This document shows, piece after piece, positions 13,466 through 25,406 of a stretch of DNA of 64,000 nt; within the stretch, counting starts at the first letter, position 1; each line of letters begins with the position of its first letter. The position numbers were made by a program, and so were the translations under genes. This DNA comes from Azolla caroliniana (taxonomy: Eukaryota; Plantae; Polypodiophyta): positions 2,790,001-2,854,000 of the forward strand of contig JBHGNT010000002.1 in NCBI GenBank assembly GCA_043228905.1, read 5' to 3'. The notes beneath the pieces are model-generated. The model was not told the DNA's origin and did no database searches. It worked only from the letters and a program-made list of their open reading frames with translations.

Positions 13466-15302
13466 ATACTTCTTTCCGGCAAACCCCCGCCCCCAAACCT
13501 TTGGGACTCCGATTCGTGTGAACATCCCAAGTGAGTTTTCAATCTGTTTATCCGATGTGGGTGACAACTCATGTCGACCATAAGTTGACCTTTTGTCCTC
13601 TCTGAATTTGTGGGTAGGTTAGTAGTGGGGCAAACTTATGTATTCCAATCAATCGCTCTCGAAAAACACAGATCACTTATTCAAATCACACACACACAAA
13701 GGTAAGGTAGTCCCCATTCGAAATAGATGTTTCAGGGCCAAACGTTATCATATATCTCCAACCTTAGTACTTGTCCCTAAAAGATACTTGCCCCACCAAC
13801 GCACCACAACACAAACACACACTAATTAGCTTTTTGAAGCACAAATCCTTTCCATGTTAAGCAGTATATCTTAATCAAAGGAGGATTTTTAGCTTGATTC
13901 AAACCCATATCTTTGATTGGACTTCACCTTCGGTTCTCGTTACTAACAGAACATTCTAGCTTTACATTGTCAAACTTATTGGCATCAAAGGATGAACAAT
14001 TAAGGAGACTTTAATAACAAAAAAAACTTAACGAATTGTAGAGAATTTTCCAGTGCATTGCAATGGCTTCATTGCCATTGGTGATAGTTGAGTCATTACA
14101 CCATCAAACTTTCTACAATCACTTTGTGACATATGGCAACATGGTCTTATACACATATTCACATTAAGCTTATGCTTGAACTTTGTGAAGTATTGTGCCT
14201 CATGGTTAGAGTTCTTTCGGTGGCCTTACATGATCTTTTGACGGGCAAGATAGTTTCAAGCTACATAAGGTAAATGTACTTCATAATAATAAGCACAATT
14301 ACATAATAGCTTATGTATATACTAAACTTCTGGTTAAGAAGGGTCGAGCTGAATGGACAAAGGGGTTAGAGAGAAAAAGGGGAGATAAGTTGACAGGTCA
14401 AAAGGGTTTGAGAAATGAAAATATAGCAAAAAAGACAAAAGAAGGATTTTAATGGATTTTAGAGAAACAAAAAAAGGTCGAGAGGACCACTGAGTTAGAG
14501 AATGATTTCATAGGCATGAGAAGGGGGAGAGAGCCAAAGAGATAAAAAATGAACTAGAGTGGTAAAATGGGTATGGAGAGATCCGAAGGGTAAAAGAGTT
14601 GAAAATGATTTTAGGGACATGAAATGGATGTTTAGAAAGGATTGTTCAATCATACAATACAAAAACAATGACAGGTAAACGATACCACTATCAATATACA
14701 ACATGATAACATAGTCATAGGCTATAGCAATACACTTCGAAAATTGAAAAGGTAGGATTTCAATTCACAATAAATGTATGGGAAACATGGTCAAAAGCAT
14801 CAAACCTATCCCTTTCCCTAATTGATGCAAAAGATATTGAAAAAAATGCTAGCTTTCATTGTGTATCCTAAAACACATGGCTAATCCATTATTAAATAAG
14901 TGGAAACCTAGTTAATGCAAACGTAAACTCTCATGCAATTATATGTGGTTGGTGCAGAAGCATGTTCCAGTGTATACTTAAAACCAAAAACCCTCAAGTA
15001 AACTATCTGTATATGTTTAAATATGGACAACTACACTTTGACTCCTTCAATGCCATGTCGTAAGTATTTGTCGAGTCATCATTATATTTCAAATTTCCAC
15101 CTTGAAAAAATTATTTGTATCTTCTACCATGACTACCAACAAAATAATTTATGCTTGAATATCTACACCGTCTATATCACCCTTCAACTTCTTCAAAAAT
15201 GTCAAATTCAAATGGTGACATGAGCTTTGTTGATAATGTCCCACATTAAAAGTAGGGTTCCACATCTATGACCTTGTGATGGAGTGGGTGGCTACAAAAT
15301 AT

Positions 15303-15865
15303 TGTTAGGTCTTGACACCTTAGACCAAGCATAAATGCCAAATCCTTCAATTCTTTGGGCCTTTAAGTTTGTTGCCACATCATTGAAGTTATTTTCACTT
15401 TGTACATGAAGGTTTTTCCCACTAATTGGGTGTGGTGTCACGTGAATAAGACAATCACACAACTGGTTTGGGTTGTGTTGACCATTTGAATGTGTCTTGA
15501 GGCCCATTAAACACAATGTTGCAACATTGATCGGACGACTTGGTTTTATGTCAAGCCAAAAGAGCAAGGAACATGTGGTTAAGTAGATGCATATGAAATA
15601 ATTGTATGAGAGAAGTGGATGAGTGGATGATTGAGAAAAACACATAGAATTAGGTGAGAAAGCGATCACAAGTAGAGACACGAAGAGGCTAAGTGCAACT
15701 TTTGGAGTGAAGGCACGAAGGCAACAGTGAGACATGAACCAATCGACAAGATAATAAGCATGTGCATACAACTCCTTGCTCATGAGTCATTGGTACCCAT
15801 GGCACATCTACTTGTGCACATTGGCATGCATGTTGTTGACTAGATCTCGAGCTTCTAACGTGACA
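15303..15865. mobile_element. Putative solo LTR with 4-bp TSD ATAT
   Basis: Termini TGTTAGG...CGTGACA; ATAT at 15299-15302 and 15866-15869. The end resembles the CG(A/C)GACA ends of the other LTRs in the window. Confidence 0.5.
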
Positions 15866-16809
15866 ATATTATAACTTTATTATCATCCTCATTGAAAGAT
15901 GTATCATCTACCTATAACTAAACATATATCATCACAGAATGTAGATAGATTAGGATGTCATGCATCATTGCATACACCATCTACAAACTCACACACATGC
16001 TCTTGGATTTGTGCCTCTACATAGACAACACCAACATGCTACCTTCTCATTGAGACAATCTTGAATGTCACGAAGAATTCTCATGTTTAAGATACTCGAA
16101 CACATTCTATTTTTGCTCAAAATCCAACAATAGGAAATCATAGGAATAGAGATAGAGATTATGTGTAGGCAAATGATTTAGAACATGTATTTCAAAGGAT
16201 AATCATAGGTATTAATTACAAATCCTTATTTATTTGTAAAAGAAGAAGAAACTATTCCTTGTTAAAGAACACATTGTCTTGAATTGTGTCCAAGTATCAC
16301 TTCCCCCAACAAAAGGTATGTACAAATTTATGTTAACTTATTTGTATATGTGAAATCAATTGCTTACATAGAAATTAAAAAGCACGACTTTTAGTTTGAG
16401 CAAATCAGGAGATGTTTGTCATTCACGTATAGATGGAAAATTTCTTCTTGCTAGGGGAAAGAAATCTTTTCTTGCTCGTTTTATAAGCATTATAAGTTTG
16501 ATAAAATTTTATCTTGTATATTAAAACTAAAAAAAAATCTAAGACTTTTGACGTTTGAGCATTGCTATTGGATTGAATGACTCCTCAAAATCAGATCCCT
16601 TCCTCTGCACATAACCTTTTCTTATTAGTCTAGCCTTGTATAACTCCACAGATCCCTCAAATTTGAACTTAGTCTTCTAGACGAGGGTTGTACTTTTAAC
16701 GGTCTCCCCTTGGCTTTCATGTGGGTTTCCACTTCAAATGCCCTTCATTTTACATTCAATTATACAGTGCACACCTTTATTTTAATGTTCTTATATTAGA
16801 AGCACCTCT

Positions 16810-18899
16810 CTTTTTTTCCCCAAAAAAACACTACTTCGCATTAGTTAGCAAATAGAATACAATAGAGTTTACCCAAATCCACAATGGGATCAACATATAC
16901 AACTTGGAGGAACACTCCAAAACTATCAAACAGAAAAAACTCAACCGATCCTTAACTCAAACTAACTAATGCACAACTCCCAACTAACTCTTTTCTAACA
17001 ACATTACCCGGGTAACATGACTATACTAACGCACGCTTGTGTCAGCTATACATACATAATTACAACCCATGTACAATATTGGGAGCCATCGGTGGAAATA
17101 ACCACCTAGGTTCCTGGTAATTCCACTTAGGCCTTGATGAAGATTTGACTAGCATGGGAGAGCTGCTCCATTTCAACAAGAACTTTGACCTTGCCCTTTC
17201 TACTTCTTCTAATTCCCCTTGAATCAAATCATACCGACCTCGCAACCAAGCCACAAGATCAAACCCGATATTTAACATCATCTCCATACATGAGAGCTTT
17301 TGCTTCTGAAAAACAAACTTACAACGCCCGATCCAGATGTGACAGGTCGTCAAACACGCCGCCATAAGCCAAATCTCCTCAAAAAATTCAGAATTTGTAC
17401 CTGGTCTCACCCTATCACATTGGAACTGCTACCACCCTACAGTATAAATCCATGTCCTGTGGGTTTAATCGTTCACCCCAGCTTTCCCCTTTTAGGGACA
17501 GTCGTATTGAGCCCCACACAACATTCCCTTTCACCCCACAGGCTACCACGATTCGAAGGCGTCTACTCCAAATGGTAATCGCCTCTGTACAATTCCAAAA
17601 ATAGTGAGAGATTGATTCCAAAGCATGTCCACATAACTTACAGCCAACCTCACCACCACGGGAGCTCAACCACTTGCATACAGGTACCGCCTTGGTGGCA
17701 TAATTTTTTCTAGCATATCCAATGCCCATAGTCTCCTCCAAAATGACTTCAAATCGTCCTCTGAAATGCGTTTATCCTTCCAACTATTGCGAATCATTAC
17801 AACACCCATGATTTTGGAGCCAATGATTCGTCTTCCTAGCTTGGTATTGTACTCAAAAAACTTTTTCAAGTTGTTTGTTCCTGGTGTCTGCCACCATACC
17901 TCCAATGGATCCCACTCCAACTCATATAAGGGCTTGTTATCAAAAAGCCATATTTTACAATCATGATCCAGTGTCTTAGGGTCTGGGTTCAATTGCCAAC
18001 ACTTACCCTCCAACACTACCCCCCACACTGCCAACCACCTACCATCATCTATCAATGAACTTAAGTTACCCCACAAACGATCCTCGCTAGTGGAGCACCT
18101 AGCATGGATAAGTTGTGTATCACCCTCACCTACAAACCAACATGACCAAACTGCCTCTTCCACAGTCAACTTACCTAATCCATCAACAACCCCATGTATC
18201 AACTAGGTTACCTTCTCTAGTATTCTAGTAATCCTACAACTAACAACTTGACCCACCCCCCTCTTCATGCTGAAGACCTCCCAATCGTGTATCGAACGAA
18301 TCTTGTACCCTAGCATCCTCCCTAAGGCAAGTACTTTTGTTGTCCAAGCATCATACCATCTTCGTTTCTAATCCTAGGGTTCCAAAACAACGGTTGTCGT
18401 AGCTATTCATCCAGTGTTTTCGGTTGCATTAAGACCAACCCTTCTCTTAAACTTGACCATGCCTTCATTATGGCGCGAACCACCCTATCCTCCATGCTAG
18501 CCGGTTCTTTCAACTTTAGAGTTGGACTGAACAACCACCATGTATTTGCCTGCCATGAACCACCATTCCTGGGACACCAAAGGTCAGTTCTATTCCTAAG
18601 GAGCACCTTCCACAATTCTAGTCCGGGTTGCAGACTTCGCACCAAAAGCTTACCAAGTAGAACCTTACTTTGGTGAACCGAATCCACCAATCCAAGTCCT
18701 CCCTAATTCTTTGTCTTAATTGAACAACCCCACGCCACTTTAGTTGACGTCATCTCATTGTCTCTACCCGACCACAGGAACCCTCTCACCATTGCCTTAA
18801 TATTTTTTTATGCAGGCTTTGTCTAACATCTAACATGCCACTGAATGCCACATGGTAGCCAACAAAATATGGTTCACCACCACAACCCTACCAGCAATG
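16810..18899 (-). mobile_element. 3' part of L1-type LINE #2 (post-RT region, zf-RVT, 3' UTR)
   Basis: IAGRVVVVNHILLATMWH at 18899, KVLLGKLLVRSL, zf-RVT CKLCGHALESISHYFWNC, CHIWIGRCKFVF; stop at 17060; short A-tract near 16811-16817. Confidence 0.88.
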
Positions 18900-20657
18900 T
18901 GTTAACTCTTAGGGTTGGACAATGGCCTAACACAGGGTGTCTACAGAAGACACTTCACCAAAGGGGTGTTACGGCAACAGGATTAGACTCAACGATTAAT
19001 CCAACTTAATTAGGTTACTTAGCAGGATCGTCCTTCATATTCACACGCGTAAGATATAATAATGAATGCAGAACGGCAATTAACATAGAGAGATAACAAC
19101 ACTAAGCTTTATTAATTAACTGCTCCTCATTACATTGTATCTGGGCCTTTAAATAGGTTTCCGGTCTGTAGTACAAAACGGTGCCATCCTCACCTGTTCC
19201 GGATTCAGGGGCAAATGGGTCAACGGATTCCGATTGAAGCCATATAGAGGACCAATGCCCAAGAACCCATTTGAGCAAAGGACTGACGCCGGTGAGGAAA
19301 CAACAACCTGTGAGGGGAACGGCAACCACCAAGACGGAGGAGACGGCAAGCCGGTAACAAGGGAGAATGAGGCGACGGCAAACCGTAATGAGGCCGGTAA
19401 GGGTCCGATAGGACCAATGGAAAACTAACCTAACACCACATTAAAAAAATTAAATAAAAAAAAGAAAAGAAAAGAAAAGAAAAGAAAAAGCAAAGTAATC
19501 ATGCAAAAGCGAGGTATGAGAGAGAGCGAGGAGCGAAAAGGTACGTAGTGGGCATTTAAGCGCCACCACAGGACATAATGCTATTTTAGTACACGACGTG
19601 CACACACTCGAAAAAGGCACCAATGAGCACAGAGAAAAACCACTGCGCGTGGAGACCCTCTACTTTCGTGAACCCAGGAGCATAGAAGCACCAAGGCGCT
19701 GGAAGATCATCAGACGAGAACCTACGCACAGATAACCCCCGCCTTCTGAACTCTCTCTCTCTCACTCTCACTCTCATCACCAGCCAACCTCGCCACCACA
19801 ATCCGACCTCGACACAGATATGGACCCGCAAACGCTGTCGGAAGCCGCTAAGAAATGGCTAAAGCAACACAGGCTCGAGGGCTTCTTGACGATTATGGAG
19901 GTACCGCCACACAAAGAAGCCGACAAGGTGATCAAAGAAATCGACACAGAGGTCATAACGGATGAGGCGATCCGTGCGTTAACAGGCCTTCCGGAGGGAG
20001 GCATATTCACGATTGACAATCCAACCTCGGAGCAACTCATCAAGTATTTTGGTGAGTACTCCCTAGCCAGCAAGGGCTACCGGACACAGGGCGGCGTAGA
20101 TATGCTGTTCCGCGAGATTGCCCGTGTGCTCCACGAATACAGCCATGTGTACCCCAGACCCCCTATCATGCCGCAGAACCGAACAAGGATGATCATCGCC
20201 ACCTATGAAGGGATCAAGGTGGATTGGCTGGTATTGATCGCAGACGGTTTGTGTGCGGCGATCGAGATCGTCAGAGGAAAAGACGACAAAGAAGGCCGAG
20301 AAGGACGAAGGATATGGCACGCAGTAACGCAGTGGCTCACCTTGCTTGTGCCACCAGTCCAGCCCGTCTAGCCCAAGAAGCGGGGAAGAGTGGCGGACGA
20401 CACCCCAAAGAAGGCTTCCAAAAGACAACAGTTGTTGGCCTCTAAGGCCACTAAGGGGAAGGTGGCGGACGCGGAACAGGCAGGAAAGGAGAGCGCCAGC
20501 CGGAAGCGGCCAACGGATGCGCAGGAGGATCTTGCTAAGTAACCTAATTAAGTCGGATTAATCGTTGAGTCTAATCCTGTTGCCGTAACACCCCTTTGGT
20601 GAAGTGTCTTCCGTAGACACCCTGTGTTAGGCCATTGTCCGGCCCTAAGAGTTAACA
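18900..20657. mobile_element. Fold-back unit with ~130-bp terminal inverted repeats (TGTTAAC...GTTAACA), probably LTR-derived
   Basis: 18900-19029 is the reverse complement of about 20528-20657 with only a few mismatches. No TSD. A candidate minus-strand LTR 19730-18900 is preceded by PPT-like GGCGGGGGTTATC. Confidence 0.8.
19820..20371 (+). CDS. Orphan TE-associated ORF (183 aa; read-through adds a basic NLS-like tail to about 20541)
   Basis: ATG-initiated, protein-like composition (VITDEAIRALTGLPEGG resembles plant retroelement accessory or mobile-domain ORFs). After the TAG the frame continues PKKRGRVADDTPKKASKRQQ..RKRP. Confidence 0.55.
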   Translation: MDPQTLSEAAKKWLKQHRLEGFLTIMEVPPHKEADKVIKEIDTEVITDEAIRALTGLPEGGIFTIDNPTSEQLIKYFGEYSLASKGYRTQGGVDMLFREIARVLHEYSHVYPRPPIMPQNRTRMIIATYEGIKVDWLVLIADGLCAAIEIVRGKDDKEGREGRRIWHAVTQWLTLLVPPVQPV

Positions 20658-21340
20658 TTGGTATTCGTGTTCCAGTCTCTGGTGAGGACCGCACATGGTC
20701 ACTCACTCTAGCTATTGTTCGTGTTCCAGATCCCGAAGAGGACCGACATGGTCACTCATGCCTGCTATTGTTCATGTTCCAGTTCCCGTAGAGGACCACA
20801 CATGGTCGCTCACACCCGTTGGTGTTCGTGTTCCAACTCTCGGCGAGGACCGACATGGTCTCTCATGCCTATTAATGTTCGTGTTCCATGTAAGGACCAC
20901 ACATGGTAACTCAAGCCCGTTGGTATTCGTATTCCACTTCCCGACGAGGACCACATGGTCGCTCACACCGTTCGTGTTTCCGATGAGAACCGCACATGGT
21001 CGCGCACATTCCGATTTCCGATGAGGGCCACACATGGTTACTCACGTCCCCTTGTGTTCCAGTTCTCAGTGCGGACCACACATGGTCGCTCACATTCTGA
21101 TTCCCAGTGAGGGCCACACATGGTTGCTCATGCCCGCTCGTGTTCAAGTTCTCGATGAGGACTGCATGGTCGCTCACTTCTGTTCGTGTTTCCTCACTCT
21201 CGTTCATGTTCCAGTTCCCGGTGAGGACCGCATGGTCACTCACGCCCGTTCATGTTCCCAATGAGGACCTCACATGGTCGCTCACGTCCATTAGTGTTCG
21301 TGTTTCAAGTGAGGACAACACATGGTTTCTCATGCCCACC
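20658..21340. repeat. Tandem array of 14 hairpin-core units (38-66 bp)
   Basis: Core GAGGACC(A/G)CACATGGTC(A/G)CTC repeated 14 times from 20684, separated by variable linkers that share TGTTCGTGTTCC. Confidence 0.9.
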
Positions 21341-21364
21341 ACTTCCCTTTCACCCCTACACCGT

Positions 21365-21823
21365 TGTCGCGTTGTTACGCGCGTGCGTGGAGAAAGGCGG
21401 GACCACGGGGGTCTTGGACTAGGGAGTAGAGGAGAAGGAATCGGACATGGAATGGAAGCTTTGCTCAAGAAGGAGAAGAATGAACAAGAGCTTAACTTGA
21501 ACAAGAGGAAGATGGAGACAAGAAGATCAACAAGATATATTAAAACGAAATGAACGATTACAAAACGGTGGCCGCATTGGCCGCACCAAACTACTACTCA
21601 AAACCCTAACCCTAACCCTAACGCTCGACCTACGTGGTATACCTCGCACACTCAAAATAGGCAACCCCCACAATGGTGCCTTCTCTCTCCTTTTATAGCA
21701 CAAGGAGGGAAGACCGCTTACAAAAGTGAGACTAAAATATCCCCTTTCATTCAAAGGGGATATTTGCCTTGATTTGGGGGAGGGTGAGATTGATGGCCCT
21801 TAACTCCCACCTCCTCACAAACA
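21365..21823 (-). mobile_element. LTR related to the solo LTR at 27563-33604
   Basis: Reverse complement shares GCTATAAAAGG, GGGGTTGCCTATTTTGAGTG.GAGGTATACCAC.TAGGTCGAG and CTCTACTCCCTAGTCCAAGACCCCCG.GGTCCCGCC with the solo LTR. Termini TGTTTGTG...CGCGACA; flanks do not form a TSD. Confidence 0.75.
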
Positions 21824-21847
21824 ACTAGGTACCTATGTACCGCATAG

Positions 21848-21891
<44 letters not shown>

Positions 21892-21935
21892 GTGGATGTG
21901 CGTACAACCTCATCACCTTTATACCTTTATTACTA

Positions 21936-23624
21936 TTACAAATACATTATGTACGTGTGCAACGTTGCATATCGCTCTTTGGCTCTCTTTGCTCGGGTTT
22001 CCGCTTGTGGACGAAAATCTTCACGACATCCGCCCCCACCTAACCGCACATCCTCTAGTATGTGCCAAAACATAGGGGAGAAAACACGAGATTTTTGGCC
22101 ACGACGACCGGCCGAGTCCTTAGCGTCCTCGTGGGCCCACCCGACTTTGTCTTCCACTTCGAGCAAGACCACCCTGTCCACACGAACCGCCGCCGCCTTC
22201 CGGCCCACCATCCTCGCCGAATGGTCTCGAACCGTCGGCGCCATCTGATCCGCCACACTCGACGACGTTCGCCGAGTCGTTGCCTCCACCCGATCCGCCA
22301 CGTCCACCGTGGGTCCTTGAACCACCGACTACATCCGACCCGCCGTATCCGATGCCCGTGCTTTCCTCCCTGTTCGGTCCTCCCGAACGCCGTCGCCGAC
22401 CCGGTTGCTCTTCCTTTGTCCGCCTCGTATATCCTCCGGATGCGCTCCCGGTCGCATGCCGGATTCCGCCCTTTGCGTGCCGCATACCTCGGCGTGCCGA
22501 CTCTCTCCGCTCCGCGCTGGCCTTCCGTAGGCTTTCCCCGTATGTCGATGTTGCCTTCCGAATGCGTGCTCGTGCTTCGGTCCTTCGATGACCCATCACA
22601 CATTTTTCGCTTTCCCCTTTTTCGCCGTGCTCTCTCGTAGTAGAGCGTATCGTCATCTCGACCTCCGTGTCGGTGTCCCTCGAGGCTCTCGTTATCGCCT
22701 CGACTCGACTTGCGCCCTCTTGGCCCGCTTGGCCTTGTATGCCTCCGGGAAGCCGTCGCGCTTTCTCTTCCCGGTGTATACCCCGTTGTTCTCCGCGCAT
22801 CTCCTCCGTTTTCCTAGATACGACTCTCCGCTCATGCCGATCGCGCTCGGCCTATGTCGTCGAACTTGGTGTTTCGCTGTGCCGTCCTTCATCCCGCGCT
22901 TGCCTCTCGAAGGCTTGACCCGACCGTCATCGTCGGTCAATCGTTGTCGCCCATCCGCCGTATGCATGCTTGTGTCTTGGCCCTCCACCGGCCGTATTGC
23001 ATGCGTCTCGTGTCGTGCTTCCACCGTAGACACGACCTCCGCGTCGGTCTCCAACTCCTCGCCGCCAACCACCGCTTCTTCGTTCTCCTTTCGATCTGCG
23101 ACCGCCGATGCCTCACGGGTAGGTGTGGAGGGTTCCTCCCACTCTCGGTTCACCACCGAGTCCTCGCCTCTCAAAGGCTCAATCAGTCCACCGTTTCCGG
23201 TCACTCGTTGACGCTCTCTCGGATGCATGCTCGTTCTTGGGCCCTTCACCAACCGTAGTGCATGCTTCGTGTTACGCCCTTCATCCGTCGTAGACCCGAC
23301 CTCCGCGTCGGCCACTTCTTCCTTTGTCACCGTAGCCCGTTCCGACCCGAGCTCGCCATCTTGGACCCGCTCGTCCATCATCTCATACCGGATACCCGCT
23401 CCGATAACTTTGTCTGCTTCGGCCTCCGACTCCTCGCCGCCACCCGTCGTCTCTCCGGTCTCACGTTGATCAGCAACCGCCGAAGTCTCTAGAATGGGTG
23501 TGGAAGGTCCCTCTCGCTCTCGGTCTTCTAGCAAGCCGTGATCACCGTGCCCACTAGGCCTCCTTCTCGCTCTCGCAGGCTCCCACCGTAACCGTACCCG
23601 GCCGGCTACGAATCGACCAAACAA
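21936..23624 (-). pseudogene. Frameshifted continuation of the Gag-derived repetitive ORF
   Basis: GC-rich ORFs 22692..23624, 22120..22800 and 21936..22325 repeat the PSTPxxExSAV motif seen at the end of the upstream ORF. Minus-strand AATAAA near 21926-21931. Confidence 0.5.
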
Positions 23625-23660
23625 TCCCGGTCTTGCCGGCTTCCTTCGGTTCGTGCCCGG

Positions 23661-25367
23661 TTAACCGGCCCCCGCTTCACCCTTCTTCCGCTCCACCTCC
23701 TGGTCGGGTCGGATTACCGATCGGCTCATCTTTCGGTCGGGTCGGTTCCCGACTCGCTCCTCGATGCCGCTTTGGACCTCTCCTTCGGTCTTTTCGCGCG
23801 TGCCCACTCTGGGCCTCTCATCCTCACGGCCACCGCCCATCTCCCCGGTCTTATGTCCGCAATCGGGCGAAACCGCCGAAGTCTCCGGCCCCGGTGTTGA
23901 GGGATCTCGCCTCCGTTCGCTACAAACCTCCTCTTCGTCATTTCGGTTGCCCGCCTTGCCGCCGCCACCGTCCGTCTCTCTAGGTCTCACACCGGCTCTC
24001 AGGCCGGTTGCCAGAGTCTCTAGGACCGGTGTGTGGAAGGTCGCGGCACCGTCGCTCGTCTCCTCTTTTTCCTCGATTTCGCAAGCCTCGAGTATGCCCG
24101 CGAAATCCTCGTAGAACGTTTCGGGCAACCGCGTCCCGAAACTTTCGCCCACTCTCGAAGTGGCGTCCATTGCTCCGTAGATATTGGCCTCATCCATGGC
24201 CGTCCTCTTTCCACAAGTCGAGAGGGTCGCTCGCTCCGCACCCTCTCCCACATCGTCGTCGTGGTCGTCCGCCTTGCCGCCGCCACCGTTCTTTACCCTA
24301 GGTCTCACGCGGGCACTCGGGCCGGCCGCCGGGGTCTCTTGAACCGGTGCGTGTAAGGTAGCAACGCCACCGCTTATCGATGCTATGCCCGTAGCCACCT
24401 CCATTCGGACATCGTCGTCTGTGGCTACCCCGCCTCCGTATATGCAAGCATCAATTATGCTTGCCGCCTCCTCTTCCACGGTCTCCTTACCGTTGTCTCG
24501 GTTGCCCGCCTTGCCGCCGCCACCGCCCGTCACTCTAGGTCTCACACCGGCTCTCGGGCCGGCCGCCGGAGTCTCTAGGCCCGGTGTGCGTAAGGTCGCG
24601 GCACCACCGCCCGTCTTCTCCCCGCTCGATGTTTCGGGCCGCCATGTCCCGAATCCGTAGTTACTGGCCTCCATGGCCGTCCATTCGCCGCAAGACGAGA
24701 GAGTCGCTCTTTTCGCATCCTCTCCCATGTCACCATCGTACGCTCTCCCGGCCTCCGTATAGGCCCCGTCTTCTACGTCTAGGGAGGCTTCTTCCTGCGC
24801 ATCCTCCGATCGCCTCCGACCCGTCTCCATAACAAGCCCTTCTTCGGCTCCGATTTTCGCCTTCACAAGCTCGCATGCCTCCTGTATTAGCACCTCTAGG
24901 TCGAGCTCCTCCGAACCGTTTTGCGTTGAGCTCTCTTCCGGCGGTAGTGCGTACCCACTCACCGCTCTCTCTTCTCCGCCACTCGCGGGCCGTGTTGTGG
25001 CCGACCGCCTCACATCATGTTGCCGGCACACCCACCGATCGAACTCATGTCGACCTCTTCCTTCCGGTTCCGTGTACCCGTACGCCTCCAATAGGGCTCC
25101 CTCAAAGGACACCCACGACTCATGAGCTTCTCGTAGCTCCTTGACCTCCTTGTGCACCGATACGGCCGCCACTCGAGGAAAATACTCTAGCCGCATCGCC
25201 TCGTCTACGCCCCCTTTCGCCATCTCGGCCTTGTAGGCTCCCAAAAATTTTGGAACCTCATTCCCATTGAACCGGCCGACTCGATCGACCACCCTTTCGA
25301 CGGCTTGTTGAGCCGCATCTCGCTTCGCCATCTTCCGTCTGGCTTCCATCACGATTTTTGCCATCAT
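23661..25367 (-). CDS. Ty3/gypsy Gag-derived N-terminus fused to a repetitive acidic, Gly-rich region (about 568 aa from the first ATG)
   Basis: VVDRVGRFNGNEVPKFLGAYKAEM...SWVSFEGALLEAY..FDRWV resembles Gag of non-seed-plant gypsy elements. Followed by three AATLxTPxLETxAAGxRAGVRPRxxxGGGGKA repeats and two RATLS(S/T)CG repeats. Confidence 0.7.
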   Translation of the reverse strand: MMAKIVMEARRKMAKRDAAQQAVERVVDRVGRFNGNEVPKFLGAYKAEMAKGGVDEAMRLEYFPRVAAVSVHKEVKELREAHESWVSFEGALLEAYGYTEPEGRGRHEFDRWVCRQHDVRRSATTRPASGGEERAVSGYALPPEESSTQNGSEELDLEVLIQEACELVKAKIGAEEGLVMETGRRRSEDAQEEASLDVEDGAYTEAGRAYDGDMGEDAKRATLSSCGEWTAMEASNYGFGTWRPETSSGEKTGGGAATLRTPGLETPAAGPRAGVRPRVTGGGGGKAGNRDNGKETVEEEAASIIDACIYGGGVATDDDVRMEVATGIASISGGVATLHAPVQETPAAGPSARVRPRVKNGGGGKADDHDDDVGEGAERATLSTCGKRTAMDEANIYGAMDATSRVGESFGTRLPETFYEDFAGILEACEIEEKEETSDGAATFHTPVLETLATGLRAGVRPRETDGGGGKAGNRNDEEEVCSERRRDPSTPGPETSAVSPDCGHKTGEMGGGREDERPRVGTREKTEGEVQSGIEERVGNRPDRKMSRSVIRPDQEVERKKGEAGAG

Positions 25368-25406
25368 CGAAAAGCTTGCTCTCGAAAAGCTTAGCGAACT
25401 TCGAGG

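Noticed and set aside
12426-13581. ORFs rich in Phe/Ile or Arg/Ser
   Set aside because: Artefacts of microsatellite and AT-rich repeats.
19655-19715. Possible hammerhead on the minus strand (CTGATGA...CGAAA)
   Set aside because: No convincing stem II, stem III or NUH cleavage site could be built.
20658-20670. PBS (TGGTATTCG) after the inverted LTR end
   Set aside because: The same sequence recurs as part of the tandem unit and does not match TGGTATCAGAGC.
20658-21340. CRISPR array
   Set aside because: Eukaryotic TE context, no cas genes, degenerate repeats, and linkers related to one another rather than unique spacers.
20658-21340. Hammerhead ribozyme (retrozyme) or IRE motifs in the array
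   Set aside because: CCGATGAG precedes some stems but there is no CUGANGA/GAAA core. The minus-strand bulged-C hairpin lacks the CAGUGN loop and 5-bp upper stem of an IRE.
22062-24832. Plus-strand ORFs across the GC-rich block
   Set aside because: Shadow frames expected in GC-rich DNA antisense to the Gag-derived ORF.
21900-25400. Horizontal transfer from bacteria suggested by high GC
   Set aside because: The recognisable part is retrotransposon Gag-like, and the young TEs in this window are also GC-rich.
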